Assembly: GCA_964582765.1 (NCBI GenBank)
Contig: CAZOSW010000002.1
Location: 15,041 to 70,775 of the forward strand
Direction of reading: 5' to 3'
Origin: an uncultured Planctomycetales bacterium
Lineage (GTDB): Bacteria; Omnitrophota; Gorgyraeia; Gygaellales; Profunditerraquicolaceae
DNA length: 55,735 nucleotides
Part shown: piece after piece, positions 12,508 through 20,932 of the stretch
How positions within the stretch are numbered: position 1 is the first letter of the stretch
Layout of the letters: every line of letters begins with the position of its first letter
The notes under the pieces: model-generated
What the model saw: the letters and a program-made list of their open reading frames with translations, nothing else
What the model was told of the DNA's origin: nothing
Databases searched by the model: none
Translations under genes and position numbers: made by a program

Positions 12508-15189
12508 ATGCAAAACGAAAAACAAAAGAAAAAAATACTTACGGTTGAGGAACTGCGCAATATAGAGTTTCAACAAAAAGCTATATTAGATAATATCCCA
12601 GATATGGCCTGGCTTAAAGATAGCCAAAGCCGGTTTATTATGGTTAATGAGCGTTTTGGCTGCAGTTGCGGTTTCAAGCCTGAGGAGATTATTGGTAAGA
12701 CCGATTTAGATATTTGGCCAAAAGATTTAGCAGAAAGTTACCGCGCTGATGACCAAGAGGTAATGAAGAGTAAGAAGCGTAAATGCGTGGAAGAAAGATT
12801 GGCTGATAGCGAAGGCAAGATTCAATGGCTTGAAACTATTAAAACACCGGTTTTTGATGATCAAGGTAAAGTAATTGGTACTACCGGTATAGCCAGAGAT
12901 ATTACGCTGAGAAGGAAGGAAGAAGACAGGGTAAAAGATATTCGTGCGGAGCTTGAGCTGCGTGTTAAGGTTAGGACAGCGGAATTGACAAGCCTTAATG
13001 AAGAGCTGTGCAGAGAGATAAAAGAACGCTCAAAGATTGAAGAGGCTTTACGTTTTAGTGAAGAAAAATTCCGTACAGTAGCTGAATTTACCTATGATTG
13101 GGAATACTGGCAAGACACGGATAATCGAATGATATATGTATCCCCCTCATGTGAAAGGATCACAGGGTATAGTCGAAGCGATTTTATAAACGATCCCTCT
13201 TTAATAGAGAAAATAGTGCATTCTGACGATATCAGTTTGCTTCGTAAAGAAATTAAGAAGGCAATTCATGATTGCGCTAAATTGGAGTTAGATTTTCGAA
13301 TCATTGATAAAGCTGGCAAGTTGCATTGGATTAGCCATATATCTATTCCTGTTCATAATGCTGAAGGTAAGCTTACCGGCCGCAGGGCAAGTAACCGTGA
13401 TATTACCGAAAAAAGGGGATATGAATTTGAGTTACAAGGTTATCGAGATAAACTGGAATCCTTAGTTGAACAACGTACAAAATTATTGGAATCAGAAATT
13501 GAAATTAGGAGAGCTGCTGAATTAAGGGTAAATAATTTAAATAAACAGATTGAGTTTATTTTAGGTACAACTAAAACCGGTTTGGATATTATAGATAAAG
13601 ATTATAATATCCGCTACATTGATTCCGAATGGGCGCGTCAGTATGGAGAGTGGAAGGGAAAGAAATGTTTTGAGTATTTTATGGATCGTAAGAGCTGTTG
13701 CCCCGGATGCGCTATTGAGGAGGCGCTCAAGACAAGAAAGGTCGTAATTAGCCAAGAAGTCTTACTTAAAGAGGGTAATCGTCCGGTCCAGGTGACTACA
13801 ATACCTTTTCAGGATGAGAAAGGTGAGTGGTTAGTTGCTGAAATAAACGTTGATATAAGCCAGAAGAAAAAAATTGATGAAGAATTGCAGCGTTATCGGG
13901 ATCATCTGGAGCAGCTTGTGGCGGAGCGTACGCAAGAGCTCTTGCAGGAAACAGTGCGCTATAAAAATTCAGAATTAGAAAAAAGTAGGTTAAATAGTGA
14001 ACTGATTAAAATTAATGAAAAATTAAAGAGTGTTTCGCTGATTGATTCACATACAGGTTTATATAATTACCGTTATTTGCAGGAGGTCATTGAAGCTGAA
14101 TTCCATCAGGCACGAAGATATGCCCAGAATTTGGCAATAATTATGCTTGATATTGATTATTTTAAGTCCATAAATGATGTTTATGGAATTGCTTTTGGTG
14201 ATTTGGTTTTAAAGCAGTTTTCAAAACAACTTAAGCGCGTGGTGAGGCGTTATGATATCCTTATTCGTTATAGCGGAGAGGAATTTATAATTATATCTCC
14301 AAGATTAGACCGTAATGCAGCTTTTAATATGGCACAAAGGCTACTGGAATCTTTAAATTTTATTAATTTTGGAAATAAAAACCATACTGTTAAATTGAAA
14401 ATAAGCTTATCTGTAGTTTCTTTTCCCGGGGATAGGGCAAAAAACGGAATAGATCTAGTGAATCTGGCTAACAAAGTACTTAACAAGGTTAAGGAGAGCG
14501 GAGGTAATCGAGTCTACTCTGTGTTAGATACCAAGAGTTTTTTAAACAAAGGTATGGAAAAGTTTTCTAAGGCTGTAGGAGTCAAATCGTTAAAGAAAAC
14601 GATAGATAAACTGCACAGGCAGTCAAAGCAGGGTTTAACTGAATCAATTTTTGCGTTTGCTAAAACTTTGGAATTGAAAGATCACTATACCGGTGAGCAT
14701 GTTGAAAACACAGTACATTTTGCGACAGAAATTGCTAAGGGATTAAATCTGCCCAAAGAAGATATTGAATTAATTAAACAAGCGGCAATGCTGCATGATT
14801 TAGGTAAAATAGGCGTAAGTGAAAGTATTTTACTAAAAAAAGGTAAACTTAGCAAAAGGGAGTTTGAGGAAATTAAAAAGCATCCTCAGATTGGTGCGGA
14901 TATTATTAGGCCTATTCAGTTTTTGCATGGTTTAATCCCGTTTATCTTTTACCACCACGAACGCTGGGACGGTAAAGGATATCCTAGCGGAATAAAAGGA
15001 GAGGATATACCTCTTGGCGCTAGAGTGATTGCTATTGCTGACGTATATCAAGCCCTGATTAGTGACCGGCCATATCATAAGGCGTTTACTAAAGAAGAGG
15101 CAGCGGATATAATTAAAAAGGCTTCTGGAACTCAATTTGATCCTCGCATTGCAAGTATCTTCCTAAAGATTATCGATAAAAGAGATTAA
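12508..15189 (+). CDS. Multidomain c-di-GMP signalling protein: PAS/PAC repeats, coiled coils, GGDEF (SGEEF variant), HD-GYP
   Basis: 893 aa. PAS-like blocks (DITLRRK, NRDITEKR ends), an RRYD I-site 5 aa upstream of SGEEF, then HDLGKIGV and HHERWDGKGYPSG. Confidence 0.85.
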   Translation: MQNEKQKKKILTVEELRNIEFQQKAILDNIPDMAWLKDSQSRFIMVNERFGCSCGFKPEEIIGKTDLDIWPKDLAESYRADDQEVMKSKKRKCVEERLADSEGKIQWLETIKTPVFDDQGKVIGTTGIARDITLRRKEEDRVKDIRAELELRVKVRTAELTSLNEELCREIKERSKIEEALRFSEEKFRTVAEFTYDWEYWQDTDNRMIYVSPSCERITGYSRSDFINDPSLIEKIVHSDDISLLRKEIKKAIHDCAKLELDFRIIDKAGKLHWISHISIPVHNAEGKLTGRRASNRDITEKRGYEFELQGYRDKLESLVEQRTKLLESEIEIRRAAELRVNNLNKQIEFILGTTKTGLDIIDKDYNIRYIDSEWARQYGEWKGKKCFEYFMDRKSCCPGCAIEEALKTRKVVISQEVLLKEGNRPVQVTTIPFQDEKGEWLVAEINVDISQKKKIDEELQRYRDHLEQLVAERTQELLQETVRYKNSELEKSRLNSELIKINEKLKSVSLIDSHTGLYNYRYLQEVIEAEFHQARRYAQNLAIIMLDIDYFKSINDVYGIAFGDLVLKQFSKQLKRVVRRYDILIRYSGEEFIIISPRLDRNAAFNMAQRLLESLNFINFGNKNHTVKLKISLSVVSFPGDRAKNGIDLVNLANKVLNKVKESGGNRVYSVLDTKSFLNKGMEKFSKAVGVKSLKKTIDKLHRQSKQGLTESIFAFAKTLELKDHYTGEHVENTVHFATEIAKGLNLPKEDIELIKQAAMLHDLGKIGVSESILLKKGKLSKREFEEIKKHPQIGADIIRPIQFLHGLIPFIFYHHERWDGKGYPSGIKGEDIPLGARVIAIADVYQALISDRPYHKAFTKEEAADIIKKASGTQFDPRIASIFLKIIDKRD

Positions 15190-15342
15190 TCCCTGTGGTT
15201 AACCATTTTGGAAAATAATAGGTACGTTAAGATTTTGCCTCGTTACCTACGGCAACAGAAAAGATTTCTGCAGCTGTGGTGTTTGCTGGATCCTGTCTTC
15301 TAACAAGTTTTAAAATCTTCAAAGAAGATTTTAATGTACTCG

Positions 15343-15405
15343 ACAGGATTAATTCGGCCAACAACTTATGTCGCTTGCGCTCCATAAGCTGTGGCCTCAT
15401 TAAAT
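15343..15405. repeat. REP-like palindromic element, copy 1 (imperfect)
   Basis: Arms ggccaacaacttatg (15356-15370) and cataagctgtggcc (15383-15396) around the loop tcgcttgcgctc. Flanks match the reverse complement of the copy at 48483-48555. Confidence 0.7.
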
Positions 15406-15409
15406 TTAC

Positions 15410-15438
15410 TTGCCAAAAATCACTAAAAATAGTATTAT
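15410..15438 (+). promoter_or_regulatory. Candidate promoter for the tRNA pair
   Basis: TTGCCA (15410-15415), 17-nt spacer, TATTAT (15433-15438), about 15 nt before the tRNA 5' end. Confidence 0.45.
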
Positions 15439-15453
15439 ATTGTATTGTTTTTA

Positions 15454-15527
15454 GGGCCCATAGCTCAGTCGGTTAGAGCAGTTGACTCATAATCAATTGG
15501 TCCGGGGTTCGAGTCCCTGTGGGCCCA
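15454..15527 (+). tRNA. tRNA with CAT anticodon (elongator Met, or Ile2 if lysidinylated)
   Basis: 74-nt cloverleaf drawn by hand: acceptor GGGCCCA/TGGGCCC, anticodon loop CTCATAA, T-loop TTCGAGT. No encoded CCA. Anticodon arm resembles ileX-type tRNAs. Confidence 0.9.
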
Positions 15528-15646
15528 GTTGATAAATTAAAGGCTCATAGTTTTACGCCCGGACCAAAAGGGGTGTGGGGAAGTATTCCCCACGTATTTG
15601 GGGTAACAGCGAAGCGTTGGGGAGCGACGAGCTGGCGAGGAGCGAC

Positions 15647-15677
15647 AGGTCCGGGGTTGGAGTTCCTGTGGGGCCCA
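15647..15677 (+). repeat. Decayed copy of the 3' end (T-arm plus acceptor strand) of the tRNA at 15454
   Basis: aggtccggggttggagttcctgtggggccca versus the genuine tggtccggggttcgagtccctgtgggccca (15498-15527): three substitutions and one inserted g. Confidence 0.75.
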
Positions 15678-15694
15678 GTATTAATCAGGCTTTT

Positions 15695-15771
15695 GGGCGC
15701 ATAGCTCAGTTGGTTAGAGCGCTACATTCACATTGTAGAGGTCATAGGTCCGAGTCCTATTGCGCCCACCA
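15695..15771 (+). tRNA. tRNA-Val (CAC), CCA encoded
   Basis: Cloverleaf with acceptor GGGCGCA/TGCGCCC and anticodon loop TTCACAT. T-loop reads TCCGAGT, with C at position 55. CCA at 15769-15771. Confidence 0.9.
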
Positions 15772-15790
15772 ATTTCTTTAAGGAGATAGA

Positions 15791-16510
15791 TTGGCAATAA
15801 ATAATTTAAAAGCGCAATTAGATAGTTTAATAAAGCTGCAGGAAGTGGATAGCGAGATTTACGCCCTGGGAAACGAAAAGACAGCTAAACCTTTTGAGAT
15901 TAAGACAATTGAATCTTTTTTTGAAACTAAAAAACAAGATTTAGTTAACCTTGAGAACCAGTCATTGGAATTGAAAAAAAAGCGTAAAGAGAAGGAGCTT
16001 GAGCTTGCAAGTAACACCGAAGCTGTAAAGAAGCTGCAAGGCCAGCTCTATTCTTTAAAGACCAATAAAGAATTTCAAACTATGCAGCAGCAGATCGCAG
16101 ATACTAAAGCAGATGGATCGGTTATAGAGGAGAACATCCTGATTTCTTATGAAGAATCAGATAAAATTAAAGCGCAGATTGATCAGGAGAATTTAAAGTT
16201 AAAGGAAGAAGAAAAGATTTTTCTTGATAAAAAAAATAAGATCCATGAACGTATAAAAGAAATCGATAGCCGGTTAGTGGAATTAGAGGCTCAGAGAAAG
16301 CAAATAATCCCATGTATTGATCAAAAGATGTTGCTTGAGTATGAGAGAATCCTGCATAGCCGAGAAGGATTAGCAATTGTTACTATTAAGGACAACTCTT
16401 GCGGAGGTTGCCATATGTTATTGCCGCCTCAGGTAATAAATTTGATTAAGATGTATGAAAATATTATTACCTGTGAAGTATGTAACCGTATTCTTTTCCT
16501 CAAAGAATGA
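15791..16510 (+). CDS. Coiled-coil protein with C-terminal C4 zinc ribbon (COG1579-like)
   Basis: 239 aa. TTG start 5 nt after AGGAG, long heptad-rich region, then CGGCHM...CEVCNRIL. Confidence 0.7.
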   Translation: MAINNLKAQLDSLIKLQEVDSEIYALGNEKTAKPFEIKTIESFFETKKQDLVNLENQSLELKKKRKEKELELASNTEAVKKLQGQLYSLKTNKEFQTMQQQIADTKADGSVIEENILISYEESDKIKAQIDQENLKLKEEEKIFLDKKNKIHERIKEIDSRLVELEAQRKQIIPCIDQKMLLEYERILHSREGLAIVTIKDNSCGGCHMLLPPQVINLIKMYENIITCEVCNRILFLKE

Positions 16511-16968
16511 ATCATTTAGAAATTTATATCGATGGCGCCTCAAAAGGTAATCCAGGTAAAAGCGGAGTTGGTGTTGTAATTTATTGCGATAATCAGCTGA
16601 TTAAAAATATTTCAAGTTATATAGGCTTTACTACGAATAACGTAGCTGAATATACAGCTCTTATATATGCTCTTGAAGAAGCACTACTATTAAAAGCTAA
16701 TAGTTTAAAGATTAACACAGACAGTCAGCTTTTAGCTAGGCAACTTAATAAAATCTATAAAGTCAAGAATGAAGGTATAATAAATTTATATAATAGGGCA
16801 GTACATCTTTTATCGGGTTTCGAGAAAGTATTGGTCAATCATATTCCGCGGGAGAAAAATGCCTTAGCGGATAAATTAGCAACAGAGGCAATTAAAAAGC
16901 AGGCAGAATGTGGCTGCCCGCCACGATTAGTGGCGGGAGGAAAGTCCGGGCTCCAGAGGATAACGTAA
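16507..16968 (+). CDS. rnhA: Ribonuclease HI family protein; the last ~23 codons read into rnpB
   Basis: 153 aa with IYIDGASKGNPGKSGVGVV, NNVAEYTALIYALEEA and DSQLLARQLN in the order of the RNase H catalytic motif blocks. The homologous part appears to end near ...ATEAIKKQ. Confidence 0.8.
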   Translation: MNHLEIYIDGASKGNPGKSGVGVVIYCDNQLIKNISSYIGFTTNNVAEYTALIYALEEALLLKANSLKINTDSQLLARQLNKIYKVKNEGIINLYNRAVHLLSGFEKVLVNHIPREKNALADKLATEAIKKQAECGCPPRLVAGGKSGLQRIT

Positions 16969-17345
16969 CGGGTAACTCCCGTCTTTCGGCGTAAGCCGAA
17001 ACGGATTAGAGCCACAGAGACGAGTAACAGTCTTAGGTTGTGATGAGTAAGAGCTCAAGTCCCACTACCGTGGGTTTTGGGGTCATCTCGCAGCCTTTGG
17101 CTGTGAGATGAAACGAGGCAATCTCTGCGTGGAGCAAGGTAGAATAAGGGATGAGTGCTGATCCGGCACGATTCTTGCCAGTTATTAGGTATTCTGGCGG
17201 GATCCCGTTTTTTCGGGATGAATCCCGGGTAAACTGCTAAAGTTTTCGCGGTAACGCGAGAATTGAGAGGAATGGCCACTGAGATATGGTATTCGCCTGC
17301 CTGCCGGCAGGCAGGTATCAAAACAGAACCCGGCTTATTCTGCCT
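16901..17345 (+). ncRNA. rnpB: RNase P RNA, bacterial type A
   Basis: P1 aggcagaat/attctgcct, P3 cccgccac-gatta-gtggcggg, universal GGAGGAAAGTCCGGGCTCC and 3' ACAGAACCCGGCTTAT. Followed by a T-run. Confidence 0.9.
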
Positions 17346-17416
17346 GTTTTTTGATTTTATTTAAAATTTAGTTTTTTAAATTTAGAATTAATGTTTAATT
17401 AAGGAGGGGTAATCAA

Positions 17417-18172
17417 ATGTCAGGTCATTCAAAATGGAAAACGAATAAAGGTAAAAAGGGCATAGCCGACGCTAAAAGAGGGGCAGCCTTTACTAAAATT
17501 ATTAAGGAACTTGTTGTAGTTGCTAGGGACGGGGGAGGTAATCCTGATTCCAATCCCCGCCTGCGTGCTATAATGCAGAAGGCTAAAGAAGCGAATATGC
17601 CTTCAGATAATGTAAAGATGGCAATTAAGCGTGGAACCGGTGAACTTCCTGGGGTAGTTTATGAAGCGGTAATGTATGAAGCCTATGGCCAGGGTGGTGT
17701 TGCTATTTTAGTTGATTCGCTCACGGATAATAAAAATCGTACTACCGCAGAGTTACGCAACCTTATGTCAAAAAGGGGCGGTAATATGGCAGGTGCAGGC
17801 GCAGTCAGCTGGATGTTTACGCAGAAAGGCTACATCTCGGTATCTAAAGATAATGTAAAAGAAGATGAGCTTATGAATATTGTTTTAGACGCCGGGGCTG
17901 AAGATATGAAACACGAAGGTAATAGTTATGAAATTTATACTTCCGTCCAAGATTTAGAAAAAGTTAAGGCGGCACTCGTTGAAAAAGGAATCAAGTGGGA
18001 TGATGCTGAGTTGACCATGATTCCCTCTTCTACTATTAAAGTTACGGGCAATGAAGCAAAACAGGTTTTAGCTTTAGTTGAATCATTGGAAGATCATGAT
18101 GATGTGCAGCAGGTTTATGCGAACTTTGATATTCCGGATGAGATTTTAAATGAGGTTGCTTCTGGCGAATGA
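17417..18172 (+). CDS. yebC: YebC/PmpR-family transcriptional regulator
   Basis: 251 aa. MSGHSKWKTNKGKK...NPRLR...AKEANMP is the canonical family N-terminus. Confidence 0.95.
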   Translation: MSGHSKWKTNKGKKGIADAKRGAAFTKIIKELVVVARDGGGNPDSNPRLRAIMQKAKEANMPSDNVKMAIKRGTGELPGVVYEAVMYEAYGQGGVAILVDSLTDNKNRTTAELRNLMSKRGGNMAGAGAVSWMFTQKGYISVSKDNVKEDELMNIVLDAGAEDMKHEGNSYEIYTSVQDLEKVKAALVEKGIKWDDAELTMIPSSTIKVTGNEAKQVLALVESLEDHDDVQQVYANFDIPDEILNEVASGE

Positions 18173-18651
18173 TTATCCTGGGTATTGATCCTGCTTTAGC
18201 TACTACCGGTTACGGTGTAATTCAGGTTAAGGGGCCAATGTTAGCTTTAGTCGAGGCAGGGATAATCCAAACTTCAGCCAAGGATACTACTGCCAAAAGG
18301 CTAGATAAAATATATCGCGGTGTAATTAAACTAATCAGTGATACGCATGCGGATTGTTTAGTGCTTGAGAAAATATATTCACATTATAAACATCCGGTTA
18401 CCGCTTGTATTCTAGGCCAAGCCAGAGGAGTTATATGTTTAGCGGCTTCAACCGAAGGAATACCTTTGGTTGAGTATGCGGCTACGCGTATAAAAAAAGC
18501 AATAGTAGGAAAAGGCCTAGCTTCTAAAGCTCAGGTACAGAGAATGGTTAGCCATGTATTGGGATTAGTGGCTATGCCGGCCTATATGGATGTTACTGAT
18601 GCTTTGGCGTTAGCGATTGCGCACAGCTATATCAGGAAGTCAAAAATATGA
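18169..18651 (+). CDS. ruvC: Holliday junction resolvase RuvC
   Basis: 160 aa with ILGIDPALATTGYGVI and C-terminal DVTDALALAIAH. Confidence 0.95.
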   Translation: MIILGIDPALATTGYGVIQVKGPMLALVEAGIIQTSAKDTTAKRLDKIYRGVIKLISDTHADCLVLEKIYSHYKHPVTACILGQARGVICLAASTEGIPLVEYAATRIKKAIVGKGLASKAQVQRMVSHVLGLVAMPAYMDVTDALALAIAHSYIRKSKI

Positions 18652-19274
18652 TTTCTCGGATTACCGGAAAAGTTATAGAAAAAGGGTTAAATTATCTTAT
18701 TTTAGATTTAGGGGCTTTGAGTTACGAGGTTCTGATACCTGCCTGCGTTATGCAGGGCATAGATAATTCGGTGGATTGTGATGATAAAATTTCCCTCCTA
18801 ACTTATCATTACTATCAGGTCGATCAAGCAAAAAGTATACCGATATTAATTGGATTTTTAAATCAGGTTGAAAAGGATTTTTTTGAAATATTTATCACGG
18901 TTTCCGGTATCGGCCCGCGCGCAGCACTTAAGGCTTTGAATAAACCTATTTCGTTAATTGCAAAAGCCATTGATGAGGGAGATTTAGCTTTTTTAAAGTC
19001 ACTGCCCGGCATAGGCGAACAAAGAGCCAAAGAGATAGTAGCTAAACTGCAGAATAAAGTAGGTAAATTCGGCTTAATTCAAGATCGGAACCTAGAAGGA
19101 AAAATCGTAGCTAAAGATATAACCGAAGAAGCTTTGGATGTATTACTGCAGCTGGAGTATAGAAGGCCAGAAGCTCTGGGGATGATTAAGAAGGTTTTAG
19201 AAATGCATTCGCAGGTTAATACCGCAGAGGAATTATTAAATTTAGTATACAAACAAAAATTGGTAAGAAAGTAA
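18648..19274 (+). CDS. ruvA: Holliday junction branch migration protein RuvA
   Basis: 208 aa with HhH motifs GIGPRAALKAL and LPGIGEQRAKEIV. Shows ruvC-ruvA synteny. Confidence 0.9.
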   Translation: MISRITGKVIEKGLNYLILDLGALSYEVLIPACVMQGIDNSVDCDDKISLLTYHYYQVDQAKSIPILIGFLNQVEKDFFEIFITVSGIGPRAALKALNKPISLIAKAIDEGDLAFLKSLPGIGEQRAKEIVAKLQNKVGKFGLIQDRNLEGKIVAKDITEEALDVLLQLEYRRPEALGMIKKVLEMHSQVNTAEELLNLVYKQKLVRK

Positions 19275-19276
19275 AT

Positions 19277-19888
19277 ATGGAAGAAAATAATTTAAAATCG
19301 GCTGTTGAGGCGCTAATTTTTGCTTCAGAAAAACCGATCACAATTGACCAAATAAAAAAGGTATTAGGGAATCTTGATACGGCAGGTGTCAAAAAAAATA
19401 TCGATGAGTTAAGAAATGAATATGAATCTGCCAATCGCGGTATTCGCATTATAGAGATTGCCGGTGGGTTTCAAATGATTACCTGTAATACTTTTTCGCC
19501 TTTCTTAAAAAAACTTTTTAAGAATCGCTATAACGATAAATTATCTAGGCCTGCACTTGAAAGTTTGGCGATTATCGCTTACAAACAGCCGCTAACTAAG
19601 GCAGAAATTGAGTCTTTAAGAAACGTTAACGTTGATGGAGTAATGCGAAACTTGATTGATAAAAATTTAATTCGAATCTGCGGTAGAAAAAAAATCCCCG
19701 GCAGGCCTTTTGTTTTTGGGACCACTCGGGAATTTCTAGAACATTTTGGTTTAAAATCGCTTCAAGATCTACCGAAGATGGAGGATTTTACTGCAATGGC
19801 CCAAGACAAAGAGCTTAAAGATGATATCGAGCCGATTGCACAAACTTGCCCGGAGGAAACAAAGAATGAGCTTAAAGAAATTGCGTAA
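19277..19888 (+). CDS. scpB: Segregation and condensation protein B
   Basis: 203 aa with ALIFASEKPITIDQI and LSRPALESLAIIAYKQPLTKAEIESLRNVNVDGVMRNL. Confidence 0.85.
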   Translation: MEENNLKSAVEALIFASEKPITIDQIKKVLGNLDTAGVKKNIDELRNEYESANRGIRIIEIAGGFQMITCNTFSPFLKKLFKNRYNDKLSRPALESLAIIAYKQPLTKAEIESLRNVNVDGVMRNLIDKNLIRICGRKKIPGRPFVFGTTREFLEHFGLKSLQDLPKMEDFTAMAQDKELKDDIEPIAQTCPEETKNELKEIA

Positions 19889-20927
19889 TAAGATTGATCT
19901 GCTTGACCGTAAATTGATTAACATATTAAATTTACGTGCTGAGGCAACTAAAAAAATAGGTAAAATAAAACTGGATACCGGCAAAAGTATCTATGCCCCG
20001 GAAAGAGAGATGCAGGTTTTGCGTAAAATCTCAAGCCTTAATAAAGGCCCTTTAAAGAAAGGTGCACTTGAGGCGATTTATCGTGAAGTTATGTCAGCCA
20101 GCCTTGCTTTGGAAAAACCTTTAAAAATTGCTTATCTTGGCCCTGCGGCAAGTTTCACTAATCTGGCGGCGATAAAGAAATTTGGTTCTCAAGTAAATTA
20201 CGTAGCCTGCAATAGCATTGCCGAAGTTTTTCTTGAAGTAGAAAAAGGCACTGCTGATTATGGAGTTGTGCCTATAGAAAACTCCGTCGAAGGCGCGGTG
20301 AGCCACACCTTAGATGTTTTTGTAGATTCAGATTTAAAGATCTGTTCGCAGATAATTCTGGATGTGTCTCATAATTTGCTGGCTAACTGCAAAAAGAATA
20401 AAATCCGCAGGGTTTATTCTAATCCACAGGTTTTTGGCCAATGCCGTATTTGGCTTCAGAAGAATTTACCTGATGCAGAATTAGTTGACGTATCTAGCAC
20501 GACGCGTGCTGCGGAAATGGTAAAAAAAGAAAAATATAGCTCAGCAATTGCTTCTCTTCTGGCTTCTAAAATTTATGGCCTTAAAGTTATAGCTTGCGGG
20601 ATTGAGGATTCTTTACATAACATTACGCGTTTTTTAGTAATCGGTAGAAATGTTGTGGATAGGACAGGGAAGGATAAGACATCTTTGTTATTTTCGATAA
20701 AAGACCACGTGGGAGCTTTGTATGAGCTGCTTATGCCTTTTCGTAAATACAGGGTTAACCTGACTAAAATTGAATCCCGTCCTTCAAAAAAGAAGGCTTG
20801 GGAATATTATTTTTTTGTAGACATTTCCGGGCATTATGATGATGAAAAAGTAAAGAAAGCACTAAAAGAATTAGAGCCTAAATGTAATTACTTAAAGATT
20901 TTAGGTTCTTATCCTATTGGAGAATAA
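19866..20927 (+). CDS. pheA: Bifunctional chorismate mutase / prephenate dehydratase (P-protein)
   Basis: CM_2 helix LRNKIDLLDRKLINILNLRAE, PDT domain (AYLGPAASFTNLAA, TRFLVIG), and ACT domain. Start moved to ATG 19866; the track start 19821 lies inside scpB. Confidence 0.9.
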   Translation: MSLKKLRNKIDLLDRKLINILNLRAEATKKIGKIKLDTGKSIYAPEREMQVLRKISSLNKGPLKKGALEAIYREVMSASLALEKPLKIAYLGPAASFTNLAAIKKFGSQVNYVACNSIAEVFLEVEKGTADYGVVPIENSVEGAVSHTLDVFVDSDLKICSQIILDVSHNLLANCKKNKIRRVYSNPQVFGQCRIWLQKNLPDAELVDVSSTTRAAEMVKKEKYSSAIASLLASKIYGLKVIACGIEDSLHNITRFLVIGRNVVDRTGKDKTSLLFSIKDHVGALYELLMPFRKYRVNLTKIESRPSKKKAWEYYFFVDISGHYDDEKVKKALKELEPKCNYLKILGSYPIGE

Positions 20928-20932
20928 ATCAA

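Noticed and set aside
15276-15476. Track ORF of 66 aa.
   Set aside because: It spans the REP-like hairpin, the tRNA promoter and the tRNA 5' end.
15519-15781. Track ORFs 15519..15704 (61 aa) and 15575..15781 (68 aa).
   Set aside because: They lie across the tRNA trailer and tRNA-Val. Their Gly/Trp-rich translations reflect GC-rich structured RNA, and there is no RBS.
17296-17315. The shared 15-mer cctgcctgccggcag in rnpB and at 46442-46456, considered as evidence of a mobile hairpin inserted in rnpB.
   Set aside because: There are only two occurrences of a short GC palindrome. It could be convergent stable-hairpin sequence and is not enough to call a repeat family. It is mentioned under the rnpB finding only.
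17055-17321. Minus-strand 88-aa ORF.
   Set aside because: It is antisense to the RNase P RNA gene.
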